From Felis catus (taxonomy: Eukaryota), in assembly GCF_018350175.1 (NCBI RefSeq), contig NC_058370.1:83266001-83330000 (forward strand): a stretch of DNA of 64,000 nt, read 5' to 3'. Of the stretch, positions 1 through 12,629 are shown in pieces (the stretch's first letter is position 1; the number at the start of each line of letters is the position of its first letter). A program made the position numbers and the translations under genes. The notes below the pieces were generated by a model. It saw only the letters and a program-made list of their open reading frames with translations. It was not told the origin of the DNA and ran no database searches.

Positions 1-654
1 TTGAAAGATAAGTTTAGCACTCTGTAAAGGGCTGTGGAGGAAGATCTTTGAAGTCAGTCAGACTCCAGCAGGATATGGACACTGAAATAAGTTGAAAATT
101 GGCATTAGACTCTCTTCCCTTCCTTTTTTCATTTCTTGCAATTAAATTCTGAAATTGTTTTCAGAATTATGTAACATTATTTTGCTTCAGTATGATCCAG
201 AAAAGATTAGTATGCCTCAAGAAGGCTTCTTTGCAATAAAGCATTTCAGTGTTTGCTGTGGAGGCATGGTGCTCTGACTTCTGACTCCTGACTCCTGAAG
301 ACCTGCTGCAGCTCTGGGGCGGGCCTCTGAATCCTTGCCATTTGCTCCTAGGATCTGGCTCTAAATAGCAGAATCCCTCGGCAGCGTGGAGTTGCGAGTG
401 TCACCCCAGATCTGTAATTAGTAGGCCTGCTATTTGGCCTGGAGTCGGCATTTTTGTACCTTGGGCAGATTCCTCATCTACACTAAATTTTAGTTTTCTC
501 ATTTTTACATGGAAATTCTTGTATTTTTCCTGCTTATATTCCTAAGTTTTAGTGAGGAGCAAATAAAGTATGTAGAGATGCCTTGAAAAACACCTTTGTT
601 TTATCATTGTCCTTGGTATCAAACTCAGATTGGTGAGTCCACCCTCCCCCCTGG

Positions 655-859
655 GGGGGGAGGGAGAGCGTGGGAGAGTGCGCATACCCTTGAGCCAAGG
701 GGGTTGGGGGTGGGGAGAAAGAGTGAGTGTGAAAGTGAGAGTGTGAGAGTCTTAAGCAGGCTCCGTGCTCAGCGGGGCTCAGTCTCATGACTGTGAGACC
801 ATGACCTGAGCCGAAGTCAAGAGTCGGACACTTAACTGACTGAGCCACCCAGGAGCCCC
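655..859 (-). mobile_element. Can-SINE (SINEC), older copy lacking a poly(A) tail
   Basis: Reverse complement of the tRNA-derived head ends at 859 (..ctgactgagccacccaggagcccc). The body is followed by a GA/G-rich tract, and the tail is replaced by a G/C hairpin. Confidence 0.88.
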
Positions 860-1320
860 ATGATGAGGTTTTATTAGAAGTGGTTTTAGAGACATTGGTC
901 CATAAAGGCTGGGCTCTGTTTCTAATTTATGTAATTTAGGGGCTGACAAACCTTTCAGTATCCAGCAGGTGAAACAGTGCTGGGAGAATCCTGGGGCAGT
1001 GTAGTCAACCTTGCAGTAGTAGAAGCTGATTGTTTCACTGGAGGAACAAGTGACTTTGTCCTCATCTCCCCTGTGGTGGAACTTCTGCTACCTGCCAAGC
1101 TCTGGGTGTATCCTGAGTGCCGTAGCAGGTTGTCCCATGGGGGAGAGGGAGGACTATGAAGGGCTAAAGATGATGACATGGCCTGAATTGCACAGGCCTC
1201 TGGCCAGGGTCTCTGAACGTGATCTGTTTCCATCTAGTGTCTCCCATAGCTGTGGCTTCTTAAAGGATCTTACTAGGAAGCTCTGAGATGCCTATTTAGA
1301 TAAATAGGCAAACAAAAACT

Positions 1321-1535
1321 TTTTTTTTTTTTCAACGTTTATTTATTTTTGGGACAGAGAGAGACAGAGCATGAACGGGGGAGGGGCAGAGAGAGAGGGA
1401 GACACAGAATCGGAAACAGGCTCCAGGCTCTGAGCCATCAGCCCAGAGCCCGATGCGGGGCTCGAACTCCCGGACCGCGAGATCGTGACCTGGCTGAAGT
1501 CGGACGCTTAACCGACTGCGCCACCCAGGCGCCCC
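1321..1535 (-). mobile_element. Young felid Can-SINE (SINEC_Fc-like)
   Basis: Full length, CpGs intact, poly-T. TSD caaacaaaaact at 1309-1320 and 1538-1549. Confidence 0.97.
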
Positions 1536-2713
1536 ATCAAACAAAAACTTTTGACTTCAAATCCTGCAAATAAGCTTTTCCTCTTAAGGAGAAATTCAAG
1601 TTGTGGACTTAAAGAATGTGGCCTCTACTGCATACCCTCCAGGCTTCACTCCTGGATGCCTATGTAGGTTCTCATCTTTGAGTTTTTTCCAGTTGGCCTA
1701 GTCTCTCCCTCTTTGGATAAGAAGTCAGATTTTCTTCTTTTTTGCATCTTGTCCAGTCCCTGACCTTTCCTTGTTCCATCGCTAATTTAATTTCCCAGTG
1801 TAAACTCCAGCCTTCCCATCTATGATCTTAACATTTGTTTCAACCTGCAGATGCTGGAAAACAAAAGCTGCTTGAAAAACCTCCATGAGACCTGAGTTGT
1901 TGGGCACTATATTGGTTCTGCCTTGTGTAAGGCAAGGTTTCAGAGCTGAGTGGAACAGAATGGAGTCAGAGACAGGGCACCAGGCACCTACCCTCCTGGT
2001 GCACATCAGGCCAGAGTCTGCTGTGTTCCATACTCACCAACTTGCTGCTGCAGTGAGGACAGTTTCTTCCATTGTGGTAGGGCCCTGGGAATTATTCCTG
2101 GGAGCTCTGTGTAGGAGTTTTAAGCCACCTAATGTCTATCAATATATCACTTTATGCTGAAACTAGCTGGAATGGTGTCTGTTGGCTGCAGCTAAATGCT
2201 AACTGATACACTGATTGCCATTCTCCCTGATATGCTTCACCAGCTTTTATACCTGTATTCTTGGCCAGCCTGTTTTGCCACTAGAGTGGCTGCACCTGTT
2301 ATCCCAGTTTCATAAGGTCTTTGATTCCCTTACTTCCAGGCATATACTTGGCCTGAACTCTGCTGCTACCACTGCCAGTCAAGGTATGTCCTGTGGCTGG
2401 AGCAATCAAAACATACTACTAAGACTTAAATCATTTAAACTTGTTGGATATAAAGGATGAATTTACATAGGTTCATGGCCTAATCTTATTCTGATCTTTC
2501 AAATGCATTGGTTTGTTGGGGGTGGATCAGAAATTCTCTATACCTTCTGTTCTATTAGGTAGCCCAACCATTCCAGATATCTGGAAATTTTCATTCATTC
2601 ATTCATTCATTTGCCATATTTACAAAATATACCTTTTAAAGTGAATGAGAAAGGTACTTTTCAAAAACTACTGTTTATGCAATTTTCTACCTGTTACCAA
2701 ATAGTATCCTTCA

Positions 2714-2957
2714 GGGGACACCTGGGTGGTTCAGTCATTTGAGCATCTGACTGTTGATTTCAGCTCCAGTCATGATCCTGTTGTTGTGGGATCAAGCCCA
2801 GAGTCAGGCTCTGTGTGAGCATGGAGCCTGCTTAAGATATTCTCTCTTTCTTTCTCCCCCTCTTCCCTCTCTCTCTCTTTTTCTCTCTCTCTTTTTCTCT
2901 CTCTCTCCTCCCCCCCCCCAACTCCTTCTCTCTCCCTTCTCTTTAAAATAAAAAAAA
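2714..2957 (+). mobile_element. Can-SINE, older
   Basis: ggggacacctgggtggttcagtc head, (CT)n tract, A-rich tail. Confidence 0.92.
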
Positions 2958-4392
2958 TACCCTTTAGGGAATCCTTTTAGAAGAATTGAATGTATTGTGC
3001 TAAAGAAACCTTTGTGAAAAAATGTGAACATTTTAGGAATCAGAACTATCAGAGTGGCACTCAAGTCCCTGACTTGAACTTTGGAGTTGTGGATTTTTCA
3101 GGTGGATTCTGTACCATTGCACCATTGTTCTTCCCTAAGTCCTTCTCCAAGGAAGCACCTGAGCTTATTTTTCACTCACTAAAAATAGCCGGAAGCCAGA
3201 GACTGCTTGAAGTTACTGAGATGGGAAGATGGTATCTGGGAGACCAGCATGGCTTTTTTTTAGTCCAGTATGCGACAGACTAGTGGATAATCAGATGTAG
3301 CCTTTCCCTTTCCATTGCTAGACCTGTAAGAAGGGTACAGGACATCACAAAGGAGTTCACGTGTCTTTCTAAACCTGAGTGGTAGAAGGGAGTGCCTAGA
3401 GGTATGTCTTTGGTAGAGAAGATGTCTTATATGTGTACAGTGTGTGTGCACACGTACTTGTGAGTTCCTTTCAAAATACAGTTTGTCTCTGCTTTTGACC
3501 AGAACCTATTCCTGGAAATTCTATCATAAAGTAGTCACATTTTCCCATAAGAACAGTGCCATACTTGGGCATTGCATTCCTGACCAAGGACCTGCCATTA
3601 AATAAACTGTAGATGTGACAAAAATATAAAAGCAAAGATGCGATGGCTATAAACCTCTGTAATAATTTTCAAGAATAAAGTAATGCTGTGTCATATAAAT
3701 GGGCTCAAATATACTGTACACATTGATTATATAAAATCTCAATGAACTGTAAAGTCTATATAATAACATAAAAAGTACAAATCTAGTGCACCATAAATTT
3801 GACTTAAAACTAATATTCTAGCTATAATAAACATTAAGCATTTAATTAAGAATAATTTTTCTTTCCTTTTTGGAAGTTAGGAGGACATTTTAATATATGG
3901 TTTAAATGGCCCAGTTTCCTCACAAAGACTCAGCCATATGCCTTACTATCTTAGTCACAAGTAGAGGCATTTCAGGAAGCATCCCGATGACCTTGACACA
4001 GTAGCCCACAGGAGCACTTGAGCACTTACTGCTGCAGACTGAATGTTTCAAACCACTGAATGGAGAATAGATATTATAAAGGATGATATAGGTTCTATGG
4101 AATGCTGAGTGCATGGATGGTTATGTTGGAAGAAGTGTGAGGGCTGAATGCTGTGTCAGTATAGTTCTGAGCCTTGAGCTTGATTGCATTTCCCTTCAAT
4201 AACGCTTCCCATGTTTATCCAATGCTCTAGTGCTTAGTGACTTAGAAAGAATATCTCTACCTTCAGTAAACATACGGTGGTGCCCTTTTGCTCTCTTTTA
4301 GAATATCAAGTTCAGGAGACTTGAAAACTATTAAAGCAGAATTTTAAAAAGTTAGCTCATTTTTGTTAAATACAGCTCTTGAATACACGCTG

Positions 4393-4420
4393 TTAGTATA
4401 TGTGCTGCCGAAGCGAGCAC
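4393..4420 (-). pseudogene. U6 snRNA 5' fragment retrocopy (nt 1-28), tailless
   Basis: Minus strand reads GTGCTCGCTTCGGCAGCACATATACTAA, the U6 5' end. Flanked by the 18-bp direct repeat ga(a/g)tacacgctgttagta at 4381-4398 and 4421-4438. Confidence 0.95.
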
Positions 4421-6269
4421 GAGTACACGCTGTTAGTAATACTGAGCTTTTTGGTTCATTGCTTCTAATGTCTGGAGAAATTCCTGGAACATGATTAGTG
4501 CTCAGTAAATATTTGTGGAAAAGAAAGAAAGAAGGAACAAAGAAAGATAGATATGAATTGTTCAAATAAGAGCTTTAACTATCTTAGGGCTCTCAGGACA
4601 CTACCTTAGAGTATGCTTACAGAGAAGGTGCCTTGAGTAAGTAAGGAAAACTGGACTCCCAGGAATGATTCAGAATAGTCCATCCAGTGAAAGAATAACC
4701 TGGCCAGTTCAAATGCAACAAGGTAAAGACACAGAAAATCAGATTAGTGGAATCCAGAGCTGGACACTTTAAGAGTCAGTATGATTTAAAGGATCAGGCA
4801 AGGTACTCATCCTCTGCCTCCCCTTTTGTCACTCATTCTCCCCAGGTTATTTTGTCCACTCCAGCTCTTCTCATCCATTTCCACTTCTGCATATTACCCA
4901 AAGGCTCCTAAACCTGTCTTTCCAACTCAGCCTCTTATTTCAGTCCCAGATACTTAAATCTGAATTATCTGCTGGGTACGTATCTGTCCCAAAGCTACCT
5001 AAATTCACCATATATAAAACGAAGTTAATTATCTTTTTTCCAAAATTTAATATCTTTCTATTTTTACGTTCTTGGTGAAAGGCTAAAACCTTCACTCATT
5101 TGGACTTTCTTAAGCAGAAGAGAGGGAAGGGTATATCTGAACAAGTTTGAATCCTTCTCACTGCTGCCATCCTGTTTTCAGGTGAAAGGAATTCAGCACC
5201 AGAGTATTGGCTATTAAGTCCCATTTTGTGGTAGTCTGCTGGAAGAAATTTCTTAAAAGCTATGCGTATTAGCAGTTAGACATTTTTGGAAGAAGCCCTT
5301 TACATTATATATCAGTGTACTTTCAGTACATTTTGAGAGTAGGTTTTCTGGTGTCAGAATGGATATCAGCATACTATGTAAAAATAGGCAGTGAGTCCGT
5401 GAAAATGTGTAGAAAATTATTGGTTTACATCATCTTTTTGGCCACATCCACGTGTAAGAGTGATAGTAGTATGTGTTAATATGCTTAGGCTATGAGAATC
5501 AGTGGATTTGCAATGCTTTAACACTTAAAATGGCTTTCATTGATACAAATTTGTGAAAGTATTTACTATTGAATCCACAAGCTGCTTGCTATTATTTGGA
5601 AAATACACATAACTAACATAAATTCATGAACAATTGACTGTGCTTATGTAATTATTCAGTTTTATCCATAAAAACATACCATAGAGGAGCAGCATATATT
5701 TAGCTAATGTGTAAGCATTGGTTTGACCAAGTGCGAGAATGCAAAGAGACGTTTGAAATGTTAATATTCCAAAGACCGGTTCAAGAAAATATTCCAGTCA
5801 CCACAATGGACATTTTGAATTGCTTAAGAATAGTTGGCTTTTATGGTCAATAGGATATAGCTATGTTACTGGTAATAAGCCATAAGTTTTAACACAACAT
5901 CTTTTAAGACTTCCAGAGATTATATTTTAAGGTAAAGAGCATATGTAAGGATTTATATAGCATGCCAGTTTTGTTGTAATTGTTATTAATAAATTAACAA
6001 GGAAGGGGTAGCAAGATGATGAATTGCTGGAATTCATTAAATTGAAGATAACTCCCTTTGTGCTTGAACCAGTTATTTCTAACACAGATGCGCAGAGGAG
6101 GCAGTAATGCCAAAAAACAAGATACCATAAAAATGGGGAAGAATCTCTAGTAGGACATCCTAGCAGTGGCAGGTATTTTGGGATTATAATTCTAGTTAAT
6201 GAGTAACTAAAAATGAACTTGACCAATTTCTCAGAAAGCTCATTTATATATTGGTGGGTAAGTGTGGAG

Positions 6270-6450
6270 ACAGGTTACTTGGGTTCTCATCCCTCATGGG
6301 ACCTTGTGGAAGATAGTTACCCCCTTCAAGCCCTGATCTTTCCATCTGTAAAATTAGAATGAAGGAGTTACCTCTTGAGCTGTTGGGTTGAGACAGTGGA
6401 TATAAAACTTAACAGAGTGCCTGAAAGAATGTTAGTTGATATTATATCAT
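6270..6450 (+). mobile_element. MIR fragment
   Basis: Degenerate MIR core (gaccttg...catctgtaaaattagaatg). Confidence 0.6.
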
Positions 6451-6509
6451 GCATTATGTATTATTTCTATGTTAATATAATGTAAAATACAACAGTTATT
6501 GTATATTTA

Positions 6510-6856
6510 TATATTAGCTAGGGCTGCTATAACAAAATACCATAGACTGAGTGACTTAAACAAAAGACATTTATTGCTTACAGTTCTAAAGCTGTGAAGT
6601 CCAAGATCGAGATGTTGGCAGATTCACTTCTTGGTAAAGGCCCTTTTCCGGGCTTGCAGACCGCTGCCGTCTTGCTGTATTCTCACATGGCAGAAAGAGA
6701 AAAGGGTCTGGTGTCTTTTTCTCTTCTAAAAAGGGCACTGAGTCCATCATGGGTGCCCTACCCTCATGATCTCCTCTAAACCTAATTACCTCCCCAAGGT
6801 TCCCACATCCGGCTTCAACACATGAATTTTGAGGGGGACATAAACAGTCCATAACA
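6510..6856 (-). mobile_element. MaLR solo LTR (MLT1A-like)
   Basis: tattag..agggctgctataacaaaataccatagactg..aagtccaagatc..atgaattttgaggggga..cagtccataaca, characteristic of MLT1. Confidence 0.88.
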
Positions 6857-8180
6857 TACATAATGTAATAAATAATAAAAATAATAAAGCAACTGTTTAT
6901 TATTAAATAAATTTTGGGATTATCAGTATTGAGATCTGCAGTTGAATGAAATGGCATCTGGTGTTACATTAGAATAATTGGCAAGTTTTTTTTTTTGTCA
7001 TTATTTTGCTTTCTGCGAGCATGCATTGAATATGATAAAGGACCACACATTACCAGAAATGGATTAAATGTGTATATGATAATTAAAAAGAAACTTGGGC
7101 AAACATTATTGGTTGGTGCAAAAAAATCTTGCAGTAAATGCATTTGAGATCCAGACATAAGCCCCATCATGAAAGATTATTCATTTTTTTTTTTTTTTGA
7201 AAGATCCTTTCTTTCTGAGAGCTATCAGTTGGGAAACTCTGGGTTGGCCTCACAGTTTGAAAATACAAGCTCTTTGCAGTTCTCATACTCTGGGTGAAAC
7301 GTAAGCAGTTCTTTAAAGGATTTAATGGCAGGAATAAATTAAAGAGACTTCATTTCAAACCAACAACTGATTATTATTAACATTGGAAGCTTAAACATGA
7401 CTCTGGGTCACTAATTTACTAATAGTCTCTTTACAAGCACATATAAGCACTAGTAGGAGATTAAGAGTGGATTGAAATGAATGATAAGTTGAATAAATTT
7501 CCAATAAATGTAGGAAATCCTGATGCTAGAAGAACTCAGCTATGTGTTCAGCAATAGGGATGAAGACCAAATAGTTTTGATGAGGAAGATTGATCCAGGC
7601 AGGTGGGATTATCTGTGGCAAGAATTGGAGAAAGGGAAGGGGAGTGTAGGTGTTTGTTGAATGAACGAATGAATGAATATTGAAGGGATGCTTATTGGGA
7701 TTATTTCAAGGGAATAATTATGTTTATACTGAATCTCTTTCTTATCAGTAACTTCTGGATGAGGAAAGGAACCTGAGTTGGGAGAGATCCCAAATCTTGA
7801 AAGGAGAGATGGAAACAAGTGGGGCAGATGGAACATATGGATCTTTCTACAGGGTCTTCACAGTCATCAGTAATTACAAGTTCCAATTCCTGATTGGTAG
7901 TTCCTGGGGGAAGTTTGGGGGGGGTGGGCATTGTTCCCTGCTGATAAAGTTTAATGTCAAGTGTAGACTGATTTGCTTTACCTCCAGGCCCTTTTTTCGC
8001 AACTTAGAGATGGCGGGTGTTTTTCTGTCAGACACAAGCTTCACTTAATGACTGTGTAGTTTATTACCCAGTAGGTCATATCCTGTATATTTTAAGAACA
8101 AACACCTCAGAGACTGTGACTTGGTGGAAGGAGATGACATGTGTCACTGCTGTTATTTTCACTACAGCCTGGTGGAAAAA

Positions 8181-8464
8181 NNNNNNNNNNNNNNNNNNNN
8201 NNNNNNNNNNNNNNNNNNNNNNNNNNNNNNNNNNNNNNNNNNNNNNNNNNNNNNNNNNNNNNNNNNNNNNNNNNNNNNNNNNNNNNNNNNNNNNNNNNNN
8301 NNNNNNNNNNNNNNNNNNNNNNNNNNNNNNNNNNNNNNNNNNNNNNNNNNNNNNNNNNNNNNNNNNNNNNNNNNNNNNNNNNNNNNNNNNNNNNNNNNNN
8401 NNNNNNNNNNNNNNNNNNNNNNNNNNNNNNNNNNNNNNNNNNNNNNNNNNNNNNNNNNNNNNNN
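8181..8464. other. N-run (284 nt) in unique sequence
   Basis: Direct observation. Preceded by the acceptor-like ttattttcactacag (AG ends at 8167). Confidence 0.99.
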
Positions 8465-9301
8465 ATCTCGTTCCCATCTTTATCTGATTTGAAAAATCTG
8501 TCACTTATTATGTGTTGTTTTTTTCAATCATTTAAATTGATAGCATTCTAGAAAGGCATTTGCAACCTCAGGTTTCTCAGAGAAAAGCTTGCACAGAGTG
8601 TGGTGCATTCTTTTATGGTAAGGGATTGGATAATCTGTCAATTTTAATAAATTGATTTTGAATCGGTCTGTGGCAACATTTTTGCTATTAAAAATAATCA
8701 AACCCCATTTTGACGAATGAGAACAATTGAAAGATAGCAGGAGGGCAGACTGCTTTTCCTTATTTTCTCTCTTCTTCCTCCCCTCCCCAGCGTCTTTTGT
8801 TGAACCAAAGGAGTTTAGTTTTTTAAAGAATACAGAATCGCAAAACTTAACCTTGAATCCGAGTCCACTAAAATACATTTAATGTCCCTCAAGAAATTAT
8901 AGAATATAAGCCCATATGCATGAAAAACATTTTAAGTTAATTTAGGCATTCAATGAAACATAATAATTTTAATTTACATTTTATAGGTTCAGCTTGGTAC
9001 TAGCTCAATAGTAGATCTAAAACATGCAAATGTATTAGATCTTTTACCTCTGATAGTAGTTACCTTTTTTGGTGAGCACTAGTTATCTTTTATTAAGTGC
9101 TTATTATATGTAGGTTTAGGACATAAGTGCTTTATGTGGCTTAGTTTATTTAAGCATCAAGGCAGCTCCGTGGGTAGAGTTTAGGCATACAGAGGTTTAA
9201 TGATGTCACACAGGTGGTAAGCGGGGCCATGATTTGAATTTTGGTGGTCTCATGAGCATCCTCATTGCCACTATGCTGCTGTTTGTCTTAGAATTAGCTT
9301 T

Positions 9302-9509
9302 TAAAATTTTTTTAAATATTTAGTTTTGAGAGAGAGAGAGAAATCATGAGCAGGGGAGGGGTAGAGAGAGAGGGAGACAGAAAATATCCAGCAGGCTCTG
9401 TGTTGTTAGGGCAGAGCCTGATGTGGGGCTTGAACTCATAAACTGTGAGATCATGACCTGAGCCGAAATTGAGTCAGCCACTTAACCAATTGAGCCACCC
9501 AGGTGCCAC
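9302..9509 (-). mobile_element. Can-SINE
   Basis: Full body; TSD tagaattagcttt at 9289-9301 and 9510-9522. Confidence 0.94.
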
Positions 9510-9660
9510 TAGAATTAGCTTTCTGAGGACAGGTAGAAGAAAGTCTTCAGAGTAAGCAGAAAAGCCAACAATTTCTATAGAGTAATTGGTATTTATTAAG
9601 GGCTTCCTATAATTGAAACATCATTCTTAGGCACTTGGGAGATACAAAAAATAATGACAA

Positions 9661-9781
9661 AGTGCTGCCTGGGTGACTCAGTTGAGCATCCGACTCTTAA
9701 TCTCCACTCAGGTCTTGATCTTAGGGTTGTGAGTTCAGGTCCCACATTGGGCTCCACTGGGCATGAAGCCTACTTAAAATA
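9661..9781 (+). mobile_element. Short Can-SINE lacking the (CT)n region
   Basis: gcctgggtgactcag...gaagcctacttaaa; aataatgacaa repeated on both sides; sits in L2-like sequence. Confidence 0.85.
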
Positions 9782-12214
9782 ATAATGACAAAATTTTCAT
9801 TAATATATAAACAGGAAAAAAATCAAATAATAAAAATGACAAAAGATAGCAGTGCAACACTATCATATAAGAGCACTTTATCCTAAGCTGCTAACAGGCC
9901 TCTGGCTTTAGGGGTTCAGAAGAGAGCCAACAATTGTAGGCACAGGAATCCTGGCATACTTCTTAGGGAAGGAGAGCTTTGTGTTGTGTCTTGAAGAATC
10001 TAGTATAGAATCTAGAGAAGTGGAGAGAGGGGCAGTGGTTTTCTAGATGGGAGGAATGGTCTGAGAAAAGCATGGAAATGGGGAAGGAGTGAGATGATTT
10101 GGGGAACAAATACTTGAAACCAAAGACATAGGATTGTGGCAAGGCGGAATAAAGGCTGATGGGTAGGTCATTTGGGGCCAGATGTGGAAACCTTCAGCAC
10201 TAAGGTCGGGAGAGGGGAATTTGTATAAGGGGCCAGGACAAGATATTGAAAGTTTAGTGCAAAAGGGGATTTTGAACAAAGGCCTAAGTGTGTGAATTGA
10301 ACAAAGGACAAACTGTAGATTAGAGAGGCTGGTGATGTCAGAGGGCTGTTCGTTCACCTGCTGCAAAAGGCAGACAGTTTTTGCCCTGGGGAAAGGTAGA
10401 CTGAAGGTCATCAAAAGCATCATACTGAAGATGTGACATTGTCTCATGACTAGGACTGTAAAACTGATACTGTATGTTCTGTCTCAGCCCCCCACAGCCA
10501 TCAGTTCTATGTTCTGCATGTTGAACATTTATTTGCATCCTGACTTCCCCTCCCATTGTAATTGCTCCCTCAGTTCTGATGTAGTTGGTTATCTCCTTGC
10601 CCAGCCTGATTTTAGCCTCCTGACTTGGCATTCCTTTTCTGGGCACTTCTTTGGCTGGCTTTCAGCCCTGACCAGATTCTCCTTCTATTACTCTGGTTCA
10701 TTGCAGCCCACAACCCTGGTGTCCTCCTCTGCCTATGGGCCTCATCAATGCCAATCAGAGTCAGGGAGAGCAGTTAGGAGGCAATTGCCATAAAAGTAGA
10801 TCACAGAGTCGCAGGGGCTGACAGTAGGTGTTGACAGTACAGATTTAGAGGAAGAGACAGTTACTATAGTATGTAAGAAGGTTTTTATTAAAAAAGTTTG
10901 GTCACTTTTAGGATCTTAGATCTATAGAGAGCTCTCTTATAAGGTTAACAGAAATTTCAATCCCATTTATAGATTTTATTTCAACAAAAGTGTGAAATTT
11001 GGGTTTTATTTATTCAAATATTCATTTAACAAATCTTTTATTGATAGCTTAGATTCCAATAATACAAATTATATGTATTTTACTTCCGGACAACTGAGAA
11101 AAGTTTCCTAAGTTTTATAGCATGTTACAATTTATGTAGAGTTTTCAAACATATTCACTCAATTTGAGGTATTGTTCCACTTTTTTCAAGGAAAGAAAAT
11201 GAAGTTTGGAGGGGTACTTGCCTGTATTCCCACCAATTTATAAATGGTGGGGTTTGAGAATTGAACACAGGCTTTCTGACTCTAAGAGTGGTGTTTTTTC
11301 CACCATAATACAGTTGCTTACAAAATTATGTTGTCCTAGAGGAGTTATTATGGCTTCTCCAAGCCCAGACTGTGCTGGTAGTGAGACAAGAGCATCGTAT
11401 TGGTGAGTTGAGGAAGACAGGGGCAGTGGGCTGGGAAAAGGCAAGCTCCACCAAGGGAACTAACAGGCTGTAGGCTGAGCTTAATATCCAAACAATGTAG
11501 CAAACTTGGCTTTGGTTGGCTTAGGTCCATTGCATGGCTTCAGCAGTACTCATATGAAGGTCAGTTTTGATGAGATTTTGGGAGAGCTGCAACGGGTGAA
11601 TATGTGGTTGCTTGGGACTCCAGGTCAACACCACCAGCTCCAGCCTCATCAGCTGGTCAGCCAGGGCTCCCAAATTGCTGTCAGACATGGGGATACTGGC
11701 TCAGGCACAGGATGGAGCTGAGATGGCTGAATGAAGGGCTTCAGTACTGGCAGTGAGCAGGGCCACATGTGGCAAAGGGCCTCAGTTACTGGTCTGAGCC
11801 TTGAGAAGTTTGGCTTTCCTCCTTGTTATCTTAATGTAGTGTTCATCAGCCAGAGTCCTTGCATTTACCATGTTTGGGTTTTGAGGTTATTCACTCTCAT
11901 AAACTAGTTACTGTTTTCAGTTCCATGACCTTCCTGGCAGGTGGCTCAACTGATGACCTGATATTTTTTCTAGGCTTTCAGCTCCACAGAGGGTGCTGAA
12001 CATTACAGGCTGTGATGTTCAGAACTGGGTTCTGGAGCGTATGAGATTCCTAGAAAGCACGTTGCTACTGGCCCTCTTTCTTTCCTGTTCTTTTTGTATC
12101 TGTTCCCCCAGTAAGCCCTTCAAGTCCCGTAGAAAATGCTGTGTACTTAATTGTGAAAGCCCATTAATGTGTGTATAATAATACCTTCCCCATATTTGCT
12201 GCTTTGCATTTTTC

Positions 12215-12406
12215 ATTTTTATTATTTTTTGAGAGAGAGCAAGTTGGGAAGGAGGGGGGGAGAGAGAGAGAAACACACACACATCTCAAACAGGCTCCAT
12301 GCCCAGCATGGAGCCCAGCGGGACTCAGTCTCACAACCCTGAGATCATGACCTGATACGAAATCAAAAGTTGGATGCTCAACTGACTGAGCCACCCAGGA
12401 AGCACC
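12215..12406 (-). mobile_element. Can-SINE
   Basis: ctgactgagccacccagg head (reverse complement), GA tract, T-rich tail. Confidence 0.92.
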
Positions 12407-12454
12407 TCATGAAGATTCGGACATCAATATCTCTAGTCCCCTGTTGATGGGGTG

Positions 12455-12629
12455 TTTTTTTTAAAGAGAGAGTGAGTTGGGGAGAGGGAGGGGAGTAGAG
12501 AGATAATCTTAAGCAGGCTCCATGTTCAGTTCAGAGCCTGATGTGGGCTTGATCCCATGACCCTGGGATCATGACCCGAGCTGAAATCAAGATTCAGATG
12601 CTCAACTGACTGAGCCACCCAGGCACCCC
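12455..12629 (-). mobile_element. Can-SINE
   Basis: Ends gagccacccaggcacccc; in tandem with the previous copy. Confidence 0.92.

Noticed and set aside
3590-3860. AT-rich segment resembling a 3'UTR or processed pseudogene
   Set aside because: No poly(A), TSD or recognisable parent; may be a decayed transposon.
8017-8551. Long ORFs spanning N-runs (also at 13.2, 28.4, 30, 36.5, 37.3 and 63 kb)
   Set aside because: They are open only because N codons hide stops.
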